Notes under the pieces: model-generated | Told to the model about the DNA's origin: nothing | The model's input: only the letters and a program-made list of their open reading frames with translations | Databases searched by the model: none | Shown: positions 17,396 to 27,110 of the stretch, piece by piece | Layout: each line of letters starts with the position of its first letter | How positions within the stretch are numbered: position 1 is the stretch's first letter | Virus record (IMG/VR): IMGVR_UViG_3300045988_080648 | Length of the DNA: 64,000 nt | DNA from: a virus | Strand: one strand, 5' to 3' | Program-made: the position numbers and the translations under genes

Positions 17396-17809
17396 ATGTT
17401 ACAGATTTATACTGATGGTGCTTATAAATCTTCTATTGACCAGGGAGGTATTGGAATAGTATGGATGAAGAATAATGAAGTATTTAAAAAGTACTCTAAA
17501 GGCTTTAAACATACTACTAATAATAAAATGGAATTAATTGCTATGCTATGTGCTTTTAAGTCTATTAAAACTCCAATGGATGAAGTAGAATTTATAAGTG
17601 ATAGTCAATATGTACTAGGATGTCTTACTATGGGTTGGAAGAAAAAGAAGAATGTAGAACTCTGGAATATTTTAGATAAAGAATATGAAAGAGTTAAATC
17701 TTTAATAAAAAATATCAAATTTACTCATGTTAGAGGACATCAAGATTGTTTTGGTAATAACTTAGCGGATGAGTTAGCTAGTAACGCTAGCTTAGAATTA
17801 CTAGAATAA
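17396..17809 (+). CDS. rnhA: ribonuclease H (RNase HI family)
   Basis: ORF track. Motifs YTDGA, MELIAM, SDSQYV and VRGHQDxxGNNLADELA match the RNase H catalytic core. Confidence 0.7.
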   Translation: MLQIYTDGAYKSSIDQGGIGIVWMKNNEVFKKYSKGFKHTTNNKMELIAMLCAFKSIKTPMDEVEFISDSQYVLGCLTMGWKKKKNVELWNILDKEYERVKSLIKNIKFTHVRGHQDCFGNNLADELASNASLELLE

Positions 17810-18024
17810 TGTGTTTAATTCTACTAATAATAATTGTTTTTGCAGGTGCAGCTATTTATATTGGATCTGCATTTTCTGTTATACATAAATGGGATGAAAA
17901 TAATGTTCCCTTTAATATAATGTCAATGCTAATATTAATATGTCCAATTATAAATACATTATTAGCGCTGTATTACCTATATCCTGAGTTAACAGAAACT
18001 TTAAGTAAAATTTTTAAAAAATAA
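17809..18024 (+). CDS. small membrane protein (2 TM)
   Basis: ORF track. Confidence 0.4.
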   Translation: MCLILLIIIVFAGAAIYIGSAFSVIHKWDENNVPFNIMSMLILICPIINTLLALYYLYPELTETLSKIFKK

Positions 18025-18029
18025 TTAAT

Positions 18030-18209
18030 TATGGCTAAAGAAATTGTAAAAGTAACAGTAGACACTATTACTACTTATCGTACTACTGGTGGTAAAATTG
18101 CGGTAAAACGTAGTGACAGATTAAAACCAAGTAGATATTTTGATAATATCAAAGATGCTCGTAAGTATACTGAGGAGCACTTTGAAGGTAATGTCTCAGA
18201 GTCTCTCTA
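18030..18209 (+). CDS. small ORF (59 aa, MAKEIVKVTVDTITTYRTTGGKIAVKRSDRLK...), followed by a hairpin plus T-run
   Basis: Hand translation. Hairpin AATGTCT...AGACATT then TTT at about 18190-18222. Confidence 0.35.
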
Positions 18210-18487
18210 AGACATTTTCATTTCTAGAGTGATAAATTGTTCATGATTATAAATTTAGAAGTTTGTAGGCTATTCTAGACGTGTCTATGACTAAATTATG
18301 GTATTTTACCTAGATAATTTTAATATTACACAGATGACTAATTTTCTTTTAATTTTCAATTCTAGTTAAAATGAAGTATAAGGCAAAACTTGAAAGACTT
18401 CGTCAGAAGCAGGTATGGTGGGATAAGCTCCCTCAGTTAGTAAAAAATGCAACAACAAGACCTGGTGGTATTGGATCAAAGTAATCT

Positions 18488-18805
18488 ATGATAATTAAAG
18501 AGTCTGATTTTGAATTAAGATCTTCAACAAATGATGAAAGTTGTCCTCATTGGGATTTATATATTATGAAAACCATTAATGCCAAATCTAAAACTAGAGA
18601 GGCTAGAGAGGAACTTACTTTAGCAGGATATGGATTAACCTTATCTGGAGCTATGGCATCAATTGCTAGATATAGAGTAGCTAGAGCTAATCCTGAAAAG
18701 GCTTTTACTATGCAACAATATTTAGATTCCTATACAAAAGAACTTCATAGATTATATGATATTGTGGGAGAAACTCCTAACAATACTACTTTGATGGAGG
18801 AATGA
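18488..18805 (+). CDS. hypothetical protein (105 aa)
   Basis: ORF track. Confidence 0.45.
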   Translation: MIIKESDFELRSSTNDESCPHWDLYIMKTINAKSKTREAREELTLAGYGLTLSGAMASIARYRVARANPEKAFTMQQYLDSYTKELHRLYDIVGETPNNTTLMEE

Positions 18806-19071
18806 TTAAGTCTATTCCTATAACTACTTGGAGAGATGAACATCATAGAGATATTACAGTTTCTAAAATGTTTGTCTATGAACTTACAGCATATGCTCAC
18901 TATAAAGATAGAGAGGAATTGCTAGGTAGTAAGTTTATATCTTCAAGTAAACCTCTTAAAGAGAGGATACAAGTTACTAAAAAGATTGGATATAGAATTA
19001 TAAAATCCATTGACTTAGTATCGGCTCCTCTAGATTATATTATTAATAATTCCAAATTTAAAAAATTATGA
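18802..19071 (+). CDS. hypothetical protein (89 aa)
   Basis: ORF track. Confidence 0.45.
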   Translation: MIKSIPITTWRDEHHRDITVSKMFVYELTAYAHYKDREELLGSKFISSSKPLKERIQVTKKIGYRIIKSIDLVSAPLDYIINNSKFKKL

Positions 19072-19490
19072 CAAATACTAAGCAGAAATTTGTAGATTAC
19101 AGAGAAGGTAGTTTTGTAGACTTTGAAGGTAAAGATCATTACTTTGTAGTATGTACTGTTCTTAGAGAAAGTGCTATGTTTGAAAATCCTACTAGAATTC
19201 TTAGTTTTGGAGTATCTTTCTGTAATCCAGTAGATAAACACAACAATGAACTTGGTAAGAAAATTGCTTATGGTAAGAGTATTAGTAATAGAAATACCAA
19301 TGTACTATTAGGTAGAGCAGGACTTCTTAATATTGAGACTGTAAAATACATACTCGATAATGAAGTTAATCACGTAAAACAATATCCTGAGCAGTATAGT
19401 GTAGCATATGCTAAAGCTAAAGATAAATATGAAAAATCTAAAGCTTTAGCTGAAAAAGCAGCTTTATATAATAAGGCAGTAGCAGATTAA
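19068..19490 (+). CDS. hypothetical protein (140 aa)
   Basis: ORF track. Confidence 0.5.
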   Translation: MTNTKQKFVDYREGSFVDFEGKDHYFVVCTVLRESAMFENPTRILSFGVSFCNPVDKHNNELGKKIAYGKSISNRNTNVLLGRAGLLNIETVKYILDNEVNHVKQYPEQYSVAYAKAKDKYEKSKALAEKAALYNKAVAD

Positions 19491-19822
19491 TGAAACTTTT
19501 AGATAGATTAATTTTAATATTAATTTTTATTACTATTATAGGGGCTACTATCTTTTTATATAGAGGATTTAAATCTACTACTGTAATACTTACAGATACC
19601 TTAGAAAGAAAAATAGATTCGTTAAATAGTAAGAAAAATTCTATTAAAGTTGATATCAATAAGTGTGATACTGCTATCTACTATAATAAAACTATCTATG
19701 TTAAAGAGAAGGACAATATTATTAAGCAGTCTCCTGATAGCGACATGCAGTTTTTCACAAACTACATTCAAGAAGTCGGGAGAAAACTTCTTATTGACAC
19801 CGTATCAATTAAAAATAACTAA
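19490..19822 (+). CDS. membrane-anchored hypothetical protein (N-terminal TM)
   Basis: ORF track. Confidence 0.45.
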   Translation: MKLLDRLILILIFITIIGATIFLYRGFKSTTVILTDTLERKIDSLNSKKNSIKVDINKCDTAIYYNKTIYVKEKDNIIKQSPDSDMQFFTNYIQEVGRKLLIDTVSIKNN

Positions 19823-20271
19823 TCTTATTTTTAATGAGCATAAATATTTACTAGTAAATGATAGTCTACAAAAAATTCAAATAAATAACTACAAATCTTT
19901 AGTAAATACAATGGATAGTACACTAACATACAAAGATTATCAAATAAAGACTCAATCTGATAAAAATAATGAATTGTATATACAAAATAAAAAATTATCA
20001 AAATTGAATTATTTATTTGGAGGTATAAGTATATTATCTATAATATGTGCTCTAATACATTAGATACTTACATAAAGGATACTGATGGTAAAAAATTTAA
20101 ATTTCCAGATAGAGATTGTAAGAATTGTAAAAGATATAAATGCTTAGTAAATATGGACATGTTAAAATGTAATTTTGCTAAGTATGGATGCAGAAATTAT
20201 AATCCTAGATAACTAAAATTACTAAAAATTGATAAATAATATTTACGCCTTGAAAAAGGATTACCATATTA

Positions 20272-20610
20272 TTGCGGAAATTTATTTATCAATTAATGGT
20301 TGTTTATAGTAAATTACTTGAGAAATTTAATGATAGCTTAGGCTATGTAATATATGTATTTGAATTGTTAGATAATGAGGATAAACTTAGAGAAAAAACT
20401 AAATATCTTATGTGCACTCAGCCTCCTAATTGGAACGCTGCTACTATAAATTATGGGGATATTGGTTATCTCGAAGTGAAACCCGTAATAGCAGGAATAG
20501 ATGAATGGTACGATGGAGACATACAACAGAAATACAGATATAATAATATCTGGTTTATTAAGTTTGTCCCTCAAAGACCTAAAAACGTAGATGATATAAT
20601 AATACAATAA
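20272..20610 (+). CDS. hypothetical protein (112 aa)
   Basis: ORF track. Confidence 0.45.
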   Translation: MRKFIYQLMVVYSKLLEKFNDSLGYVIYVFELLDNEDKLREKTKYLMCTQPPNWNAATINYGDIGYLEVKPVIAGIDEWYDGDIQQKYRYNNIWFIKFVPQRPKNVDDIIIQ

Positions 20611-20626
20611 ATAATCTTTAAGATTT

Positions 20627-21613
20627 ATGACAACAGTTTTAGGTGATAAACTCAATCAAGCTTTAGAAGCTAAGAATAATGATGTAGAAACATTTCTCTG
20701 GAAAGGTTCCAGAGAAATTGTAAATGGTGAACGCGTTCAGTCTTCCATAAAAATGGTAGATATGACTGAAGAAGAATTACGTAAGGCATATAAACATTGT
20801 GAATCAATGCTTTATAGTGATAACTATGAAAATCCTGGACGACGAGTTTTATTAGAACAGATTGAAGACCAAAGAACTCGCTGTAACGCTGAGTTGTTCT
20901 TAATTTGGTTATTATACCCAGGTGAAGGTAGTACTAGACAAGGTATTGTAAGAACTAGTTTCTTTAATATGCTTAATCAGCAGATTACTTCTCAGGCAGA
21001 ACAGTTTGCTAAAGATAATGCAGAAAGAGGTGAAGGAGAGACAAATGCTAGTGCTATTGCAGAGACTCTCTTTAAAGAATGGACTCTTAATGATATTATG
21101 AATAGTGATGAAGATTCATTTACTATGTTTGCTTCATTGCCATTATATATCGTTAGAGAAGCTTGTTTGTCTGCTTTAGGTAAATGTATTCGTAAACATA
21201 TTACTCTTACATTCATTACTGAGCTTGGATTGTGGTTTACACGTTCTGAATTATTGGAATTAAACAAGAAAAACGAGAATGGTCGTTTAGTAAATAGAAT
21301 TAAGCAAGTTGCTGAACTTCTAAATATTAAATTGAGAGACCCTAAGAATCCTGAAGACAAGAAAGGTCTTGTTTTAAAAATTGATGATAGAAAAGGCTTA
21401 ACTCTAAAAGAGTTTAGCGCAATGCTTACCTTCCGTAAGGATAAATATGATAAGCGTTATAATGATCTGACTAAAGTACAATTGGAAACCTTAAGAGATA
21501 AAGTTTTACTTCATCTTGAAAATAAGGTTAGATGGCAAGCTTCAGAGTGGGAGAAGCGTATTAAACAAATTAAAGCAGTAGCTGCTTACAATGGCTACAA
21601 GCTCTCTGATTGA
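20627..21613 (+). CDS. hypothetical protein (328 aa)
   Basis: ORF track. Confidence 0.5.
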   Translation: MTTVLGDKLNQALEAKNNDVETFLWKGSREIVNGERVQSSIKMVDMTEEELRKAYKHCESMLYSDNYENPGRRVLLEQIEDQRTRCNAELFLIWLLYPGEGSTRQGIVRTSFFNMLNQQITSQAEQFAKDNAERGEGETNASAIAETLFKEWTLNDIMNSDEDSFTMFASLPLYIVREACLSALGKCIRKHITLTFITELGLWFTRSELLELNKKNENGRLVNRIKQVAELLNIKLRDPKNPEDKKGLVLKIDDRKGLTLKEFSAMLTFRKDKYDKRYNDLTKVQLETLRDKVLLHLENKVRWQASEWEKRIKQIKAVAAYNGYKLSD

Positions 21614-21722
21614 AGGAGAATTATTTCATAAAATCACTAGAGATGAACGACAAGAAGAGTGTCGTAGAAAATGGATAAAAAATCGTTGTGTTGGGACAAT
21701 AGTCGCGTCCACTGGCTTTGGT
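21591..21722 (+). CDS. SF2 (DEAH-type) helicase, exon 1. It ends inside Walker A: ...VASTGFG then the intron.
   Basis: The translation ends ...NRCVGTIVASTGFG and then runs into non-protein-like sequence. Motif I resumes in exon 2. Confidence 0.55.
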
Positions 21723-22036
21723 ACTGTAAAAGCGGGTAATATATCTGTTAATTACAATGCCGTTCTGTTCAGGAATGGGCAGAATTATCATCGAGCAAAA
21801 TCGGTGAAAGCCCTATAGAGGGTAATACCGAGGTAATAGAAGAAATTAAAGAATCTTCTACACCGTACAGCATAGAGAATGAAACTAATAAATAGTTGAA
21901 CTAGATTATTTTCATTAGAATATAAATTCTCCACGAGTGTTCGATACCCCAACTGAAATAAGTGGGTAAAAATTTATGCGGGGCTTATTAGTAATAGTAA
22001 GAAGTATAGATAAAAAGCTATACGATAACAAGACCG
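21723..22036 (+). mobile_element. ORF-less group I-type intron (about 314 nt) interrupting the helicase Walker A codon boundary G|K. The 5' exon ends in T and the intron ends in G (omega-G) at 22036.
   Basis: Splicing in silico joins ASTGFG to KSRIGLNCIKTVLKHFPQYRVLIIVPTETLQKQW, giving GFGKS plus motif Ia. The 3' part of the intron shares blocks CACGAGTG(T/C)(T/C)CGA(T/C)AC and ATAGATAAAAAGCT(A/G)TA(C/T)GATAACAA with the introns at 45780-45909 and 48510-48625. Confidence 0.55.
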
Positions 22037-23194
22037 AAATCCAGAATAGGACTAAATTGTATTAAAACAGTGCTAAAACACTTTCCACAATATCGAGTAC
22101 TAATAATTGTGCCAACAGAAACTTTACAAAAACAATGGTGTGGTTATATAGATTCTAATGGACTAGGATTAAATTGTGATGTACAAATAATAAACACTGT
22201 AATAAAACATCCTGCCAAATATGATCTTTTAGTACTGGATGAAGCGCATAGATATGCAGCTGAGACTTTTGTAAGATTATTTGAAGTAGTAAAATACCAA
22301 TTTATCTTAGGTCTTACAGCTACTTTTGAGCGTCTTGATGGAAGAGATAAAATATTAGCAAAATACTGTCCAGTAATTGATACTATTGATATTAATACTT
22401 GTCTTGAAAATGGTTGGGTTAGCCCATATAAAGAATATCTAGTCTTAGTAAATGTTGATGATTTAGAAGAATATGAAAAAATAAATAAAGAATTCATTTC
22501 TCATTTTGAATTCTTCGGATTCTCTTGGGAGTTAGTTAATAAATTAGCTGGTCCTATGGGTTGGCGAAATAAATTGCTCCTAAGAGATTCTATGTGTAGT
22601 GACCCTGACAAGAAATCTGAAGTACTACAAAATATAAATTATCATGCTATCAGATTTTGGGCTACTATGCATGAGAAAAAAGCTTTTATTAATAATCATC
22701 CAAAGAAAATTGAAATAGTAAAGAAAATTATAGAAGCTAGAAAGGATAAAAAAATAATAACTTTTGCTAATAATATTAAAATGGCAGAAAAAATTCCTAA
22801 TGCTACTGTATATTCTAGTAGAACTTCTAAGAAAAGAAGTGCTACAGCTATTGAAGATTTTAACTCTGGAAAGATAACTTTATTATCTACAGTAAAAAAA
22901 GCTGATGAAGGACTTGATGTAAAAGGTCTTTCTGTAGCTATTATATTTGGATTAGATAGTTCAATTACTAGAGCTTGTCAACGGAGAGGAAGATCAATCC
23001 GATTTGAAAAAGGTAAGACAGCAGAGATATTCAATATAGTATTAAATAGGACTCAAGAAACTAAGTGGTTTTATGATTCTCATAAAGGAGATTCTTTTAT
23101 AACTATAGACGAATCAGAATTGGATAAAGTATTACAAGGTAAAGACTTTACTCCAGGTGAAAAGATAGTTCCTAAATTTGATTTTAGATTCTGA
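22037..23194 (+). CDS. SF2 helicase, exon 2. Motifs Ia IIVPTETL, II VLDEAHRY, III GLTATFER and VI QRRGRSIR.
   Basis: ORF track 22070-23194 extended 5' to the in-frame splice acceptor at 22037. Confidence 0.65.
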   Translation, partial: KSRIGLNCIKTVLKHFPQYRVLIIVPTETLQKQWCGYIDSNGLGLNCDVQIINTVIKHPAKYDLLVLDEAHRYAAETFVRLFEVVKYQFILGLTATFERLDGRDKILAKYCPVIDTIDINTCLENGWVSPYKEYLVLVNVDDLEEYEKINKEFISHFEFFGFSWELVNKLAGPMGWRNKLLLRDSMCSDPDKKSEVLQNINYHAIRFWATMHEKKAFINNHPKKIEIVKKIIEARKDKKIITFANNIKMAEKIPNATVYSSRTSKKRSATAIEDFNSGKITLLSTVKKADEGLDVKGLSVAIIFGLDSSITRACQRRGRSIRFEKGKTAEIFNIVLNRTQETKWFYDSHKGDSFITIDESELDKVLQGKDFTPGEKIVPKFDFRF

Positions 23195-23272
23195 ATCTAT
23201 GTATTAATATAGCTCTGAGAAGAGATTAACTTAATTACAGTATGGAAGACTTTTAATTATCTGAATTACTGT

Positions 23273-23884
23273 ATGTTTGATTTAAACATTGATGAAGAAA
23301 TAACAATTTTAGAAAAATATAATATTACTCCTACTGAATTGTTTGTTGTTAAAGCTATAAATGCTTATATAGAAGATTATTCAGAAGATTATCTTCGTAG
23401 ATATTTAGCTATTGATAAAAAGTATGTAGGAAGTTTTATAGATGTACTCAAATCTTTACAAGATAAAGGTCTTATCCTTAAAAGTTATAAAATTATTCCA
23501 GGAATGAAACTAGTTCCTGAAGAAATACCATTTAATAAAAACTTCTTAAAATGTTTAGCTAAGAGTTCTTTTGAAATGGGAAAAGAACTTAGAGAACATT
23601 ATCCTAGATTTAGAAATATTAATGGATGCTTAACTAGTATGCTAGGTGTTTCTAAAAAGTTTAATAGTCTTGAAGATGCTTATAGAACTTATGGAAAGAA
23701 AATTCATTGGAATGAAGAACTTCATAAAAAGATTATTGATTTACTAGATTGGGAAGCTAATACTGATAATGGTATTATTAATTATAGCTTAGCTACATTT
23801 ATTGTAGATGAAAAATGGGAAGATCTTGAAGCTTTAAAAAATGGAGATTCAGGTATGAATTATAATTCAATCACCACTCTGTGA
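23273..23884 (+). CDS. hypothetical protein (203 aa)
   Basis: ORF track. Confidence 0.5.
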   Translation: MFDLNIDEEITILEKYNITPTELFVVKAINAYIEDYSEDYLRRYLAIDKKYVGSFIDVLKSLQDKGLILKSYKIIPGMKLVPEEIPFNKNFLKCLAKSSFEMGKELREHYPRFRNINGCLTSMLGVSKKFNSLEDAYRTYGKKIHWNEELHKKIIDLLDWEANTDNGIINYSLATFIVDEKWEDLEALKNGDSGMNYNSITTL

Positions 23885-24963
23885 GTTTAGAAAGTTTTAA
23901 ACGTTCGGTAGAGCTTGGTAGACAAGGATTTAATCAAGGATTTAGTATGGGTCTTCCTAAATTGGAAGAATTAATAGGAGGTATTACTAAAAGTACCATG
24001 ACTCTCTTATTTGCGAGTTCAGGACAAGGTAAAAGTTCATGCGTATTATATTCTTATATATATGCTCCTTTAAAAGAGCATTTAGAAGATAATAAATTAA
24101 AAATTATTTTCTTTGCTCTTGAGATGAAAGAAGACTTTATTATAGCTAAATTATTAAGTACTTATTTATATGATATCTATCATATTGTTGTAACTGCTAA
24201 ACAAATATTATCTATAGGTAAAGATTATATTTTACCTGACGATTTATATAAGTATGTACAACTAGGATATGATTGGCTAGAAAAAGTATATAAAGTACTA
24301 ACTATATACGAAGGCTCTTTTAATTCTGATAGGCTCATAAAAGTTACAATGGAAGAGCTTAAAAAAGAAGGAGAATTTATAGAGAATAAATATATTCCGA
24401 AAGACCCTGAAAAAGTAATACTTTCAGTAACTGACCATGTTGGATTGATTCAGCCATCTAATGGAAGGAATAGAAAAGGAGAAATTGATGATTATACTAA
24501 TAAATTAGTTATTATTAGAAATAAAACAGGATTATCTCCAATTATTGTTATGCAATCCAATAGAGCAGTGGCTAACATGGAAAGAAAAAAGAATGAAGCT
24601 TTCATGGAGCCAATGGTTGAGGATATTAAGGAAACGTCCACTGTTTCAGAGAATTCTGAGATTATTTTAGCTGTATATAATCCTCAAGTTGATAAAAGAA
24701 CAACTTATAGAGGTTATCAAGTTAAAGAAATGGGTTATAGATTTCGAAGTATTCTTGTACTAAAGTCAAGATATGGAGAAAATCAAGTAGCTGATTGCTG
24801 TTTCTTTGACGGAGCAGTAAATAAGTGGATGGAAATGCCTAAGCCAGAAGAAATCTTTGATTATTCTAGATATCGAGCTACAAATAACAGTTCAACAGAT
24901 AATATAATAAAGAATGAAGATAAAGATGGAAAAGTGAAAAATAAATTAGACTATAGTTTATGA
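23881..24963 (+). CDS. DnaB-like replicative helicase, RecA-like C-terminal domain (Walker A ASSGQGKSS, H1a IFFALEM)
   Basis: ORF track. Motif spacing typical of DnaB-family C-terminal domains. Confidence 0.6.
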   Translation: MSLESFKRSVELGRQGFNQGFSMGLPKLEELIGGITKSTMTLLFASSGQGKSSCVLYSYIYAPLKEHLEDNKLKIIFFALEMKEDFIIAKLLSTYLYDIYHIVVTAKQILSIGKDYILPDDLYKYVQLGYDWLEKVYKVLTIYEGSFNSDRLIKVTMEELKKEGEFIENKYIPKDPEKVILSVTDHVGLIQPSNGRNRKGEIDDYTNKLVIIRNKTGLSPIIVMQSNRAVANMERKKNEAFMEPMVEDIKETSTVSENSEIILAVYNPQVDKRTTYRGYQVKEMGYRFRSILVLKSRYGENQVADCCFFDGAVNKWMEMPKPEEIFDYSRYRATNNSSTDNIIKNEDKDGKVKNKLDYSL

Positions 24964-25712
24964 TTATTGGTTTAGCAGGTTTGAGTGGCACCGGAAAAAG
25001 CACTTCTTTACGTTATTTAGATTATAAATCAACATTTATTATTAGTTGTACTAATAAGCAACTTCAAATTCCTGGATTTAGACGTAAGTACAAGAAAGTT
25101 GAAGTTATAAATAAGAAGCCAGTTGGAAATTGGCTTGTATCTAATGATTATACTACTATTGGTAAGTGGTTAAAGATTATTGATAAATTACGTTCTGATA
25201 TTAAGACAGTAGTTATAGATGATGCTAACTATTGTCTTTCAAATAATATAATGGATTCTGCCCTTGAAAAAGGTTGGGATAAGCACGTTGTGTTTGCTAA
25301 AAATTATTATGATTTAATCATGGAAGCTAGTGAACTGCGTGAAGATCTTAATGTAGTATTCATTAGTCATATTATTAACGCTGGTACTGATCTTGATGAA
25401 CATTGGCAATTATATTCTAGTGGTAAAATGTTGGATAGAACCGTAAATATTGATGGTTTATTTTCTTATATTTTATATACTGAACGCCAGGTTGATGATG
25501 ATGGCAATATTAGTTATTTCTTTAGAACTAAAACCAACGGTAATGATACTTGTCGTAGTGTTGATGGATGTTTTAAAGATAAATTGATTGAACCTAATAT
25601 GCAGAAGGTTTTAGATACTATCCATAACTTTGAATATGGTGAGGAAGAAGAAATCGCAGATGACAATAATGAAACCAATAATGATGACAATATTTTAAAT
25701 GAAGCTAATTAA
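24960..25712 (+). CDS. P-loop ATPase (Walker A GLSGTGKST, Walker B VVIDDANY). Possibly a Sak4/RecA-like recombination or loader ATPase.
   Basis: ORF track. Motifs read from the translation. Confidence 0.5.
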   Translation: MIIGLAGLSGTGKSTSLRYLDYKSTFIISCTNKQLQIPGFRRKYKKVEVINKKPVGNWLVSNDYTTIGKWLKIIDKLRSDIKTVVIDDANYCLSNNIMDSALEKGWDKHVVFAKNYYDLIMEASELREDLNVVFISHIINAGTDLDEHWQLYSSGKMLDRTVNIDGLFSYILYTERQVDDDGNISYFFRTKTNGNDTCRSVDGCFKDKLIEPNMQKVLDTIHNFEYGEEEEIADDNNETNNDDNILNEAN

Positions 25713-26304
25713 AATGACAATTAAGTCCGAGTGGCTTAATGAAGAAACTGGAGAAATTTTTACTGACACACGTGAATTGAAGGATGATTCTGTAAAGAAG
25801 CCGTCTGCTCGCAAGTCTTCTTCTAAAAAGAAAGACCCAGAAGTAGATGATACAAATCCTAATCCACTATTAATTCTTGAGGAAAATAAGTATATTCTTA
25901 ATAAAGCTGCTGTTGAGGCTCTTGGTGTAGAACCAGGAGATAAGGTAGATATTAAACAGCAGAAACTTAATAAGAAAGAGTGCTTAGTTATCGGAGCTGC
26001 TGAAACATTTGGTACGCAGTCAGGTAATAAATTAACTCAGAAGAATGCAGTTTCATATAGAGGAAAGAATAATCAGAACCTTGCTGAGCATGGTAATGAG
26101 TTTACTTTCACTCCACATCCTAAAATTGATGGATTGTTTATATTAACAGGTAATCGAGAACCTGAGATTAAAGAAGATGTAGTTCCTGAAGCAGAGGATA
26201 TTGCATCAGAAGATGAATTAGATGACGAAATGGCTAGTCTTATTGACGGCAACGCAGATGATACAGAAATCTCAGATAATGATTTTAATTTCGATAATCT
26301 TTAA
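25699..26304 (+). CDS. hypothetical acidic protein (201 aa)
   Basis: ORF track. Confidence 0.45.
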   Translation: MKLIKMTIKSEWLNEETGEIFTDTRELKDDSVKKPSARKSSSKKKDPEVDDTNPNPLLILEENKYILNKAAVEALGVEPGDKVDIKQQKLNKKECLVIGAAETFGTQSGNKLTQKNAVSYRGKNNQNLAEHGNEFTFTPHPKIDGLFILTGNREPEIKEDVVPEAEDIASEDELDDEMASLIDGNADDTEISDNDFNFDNL

Positions 26305-26316
26305 TAATATAGCAAT

Positions 26317-27087
26317 ATGAATTTAAATTTTGGTGGTCTTGGTGATATTAATCCTACAAGTAAGAAAGGTCTTCGTCCTTATGGAATTTATCTCGTTCAG
26401 TTAAAAAGTGTAGAAACTAAGGAGGGTCAAGGTAAGCAAGATCCTAGTACAACTTGGAAATCTCTGGTACTTCATTTTGAAGGAGAGCAAGGAACTTATC
26501 AAGAATCATTGTTTTATCCTAATGAAAGTTCTGCTAAAAGATATGAGGGTAAAAGAAAGGATTCTAATGGTGTAGAATTCCCATATGTACTTCCTTCAGC
26601 ATTTGAGCAGCTTAAGGGTTTTATGTTGCATATCATAACAGTAGTAGGTGGTGATAAAGCTAAAGAATTGTTTATAACTAAAGCTCCTACTTGTAAGAGT
26701 ACTGACCAATTCATGCAGCTTTTCCAAGCAGTATTGACTAAGTATTGTATGAATAAAAACTTTTATTTAAAGCTTAGTGGTCGTAAGGAAAAGAAAAAGG
26801 ATGAAAAGGGAATTTCAAAGGAAACTGGTAATGTATTTGCTAAGATTCCTGATATTGGAGCTATTAATAGTGATGGACAGTTCTATATCCGTGATAATTT
26901 TGCTAGCTTAGAGGAAGATAAATTGTCATTCTCTAGTTATGAAATTAAGCAGAAAGAGGATATGGAAAAGCGTAAGCCTACTGCTCCTATGCCAGCAGCT
27001 GATTCAGAAGAAGCTAAATCTATTGATTCTACTGAAGGCAAGGAGGCTCAAGATGAAGACTTCGACGCTATGCTGGCAGATATGTAG
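26317..27087 (+). CDS. putative single-stranded DNA-binding protein. Acidic C-terminal tail ...QDEDFDAMLADM, located inside the replication module.
   Basis: ORF track. The acidic C-terminal tail is typical of phage SSBs (inference). Confidence 0.4.
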   Translation: MNLNFGGLGDINPTSKKGLRPYGIYLVQLKSVETKEGQGKQDPSTTWKSLVLHFEGEQGTYQESLFYPNESSAKRYEGKRKDSNGVEFPYVLPSAFEQLKGFMLHIITVVGGDKAKELFITKAPTCKSTDQFMQLFQAVLTKYCMNKNFYLKLSGRKEKKKDEKGISKETGNVFAKIPDIGAINSDGQFYIRDNFASLEEDKLSFSSYEIKQKEDMEKRKPTAPMPAADSEEAKSIDSTEGKEAQDEDFDAMLADM

Positions 27088-27110
27088 TAATTATAAAGTA
27101 AGTAGTTTTT

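Noticed and set aside
19650-20063. ORF 19650-20063 overlapping 19490-19822
   Set aside because: Its 5' 170 nt overlap the preceding gene in another frame. If it is real, it probably starts downstream (about 19830). Left unannotated.
21591-21818. Track ORF 21591-21818 as a 75-aa protein
   Set aside because: Only the first 44 codons are helicase exon 1. The remainder is intron sequence read through to a chance stop.
22144-22497. Minus-strand ORF 22144-22497 and other short minus-strand ORFs (3699-3899, 9662-9853, 10053-10403, 11181-11477, 20368-20655, 20992-21360, 26514-26714, 31040-31444 and others)
   Set aside because: All lie inside + strand genes with good motifs, and have low-complexity or hydrophobic-junk translations. 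The genome is otherwise strictly unidirectional.
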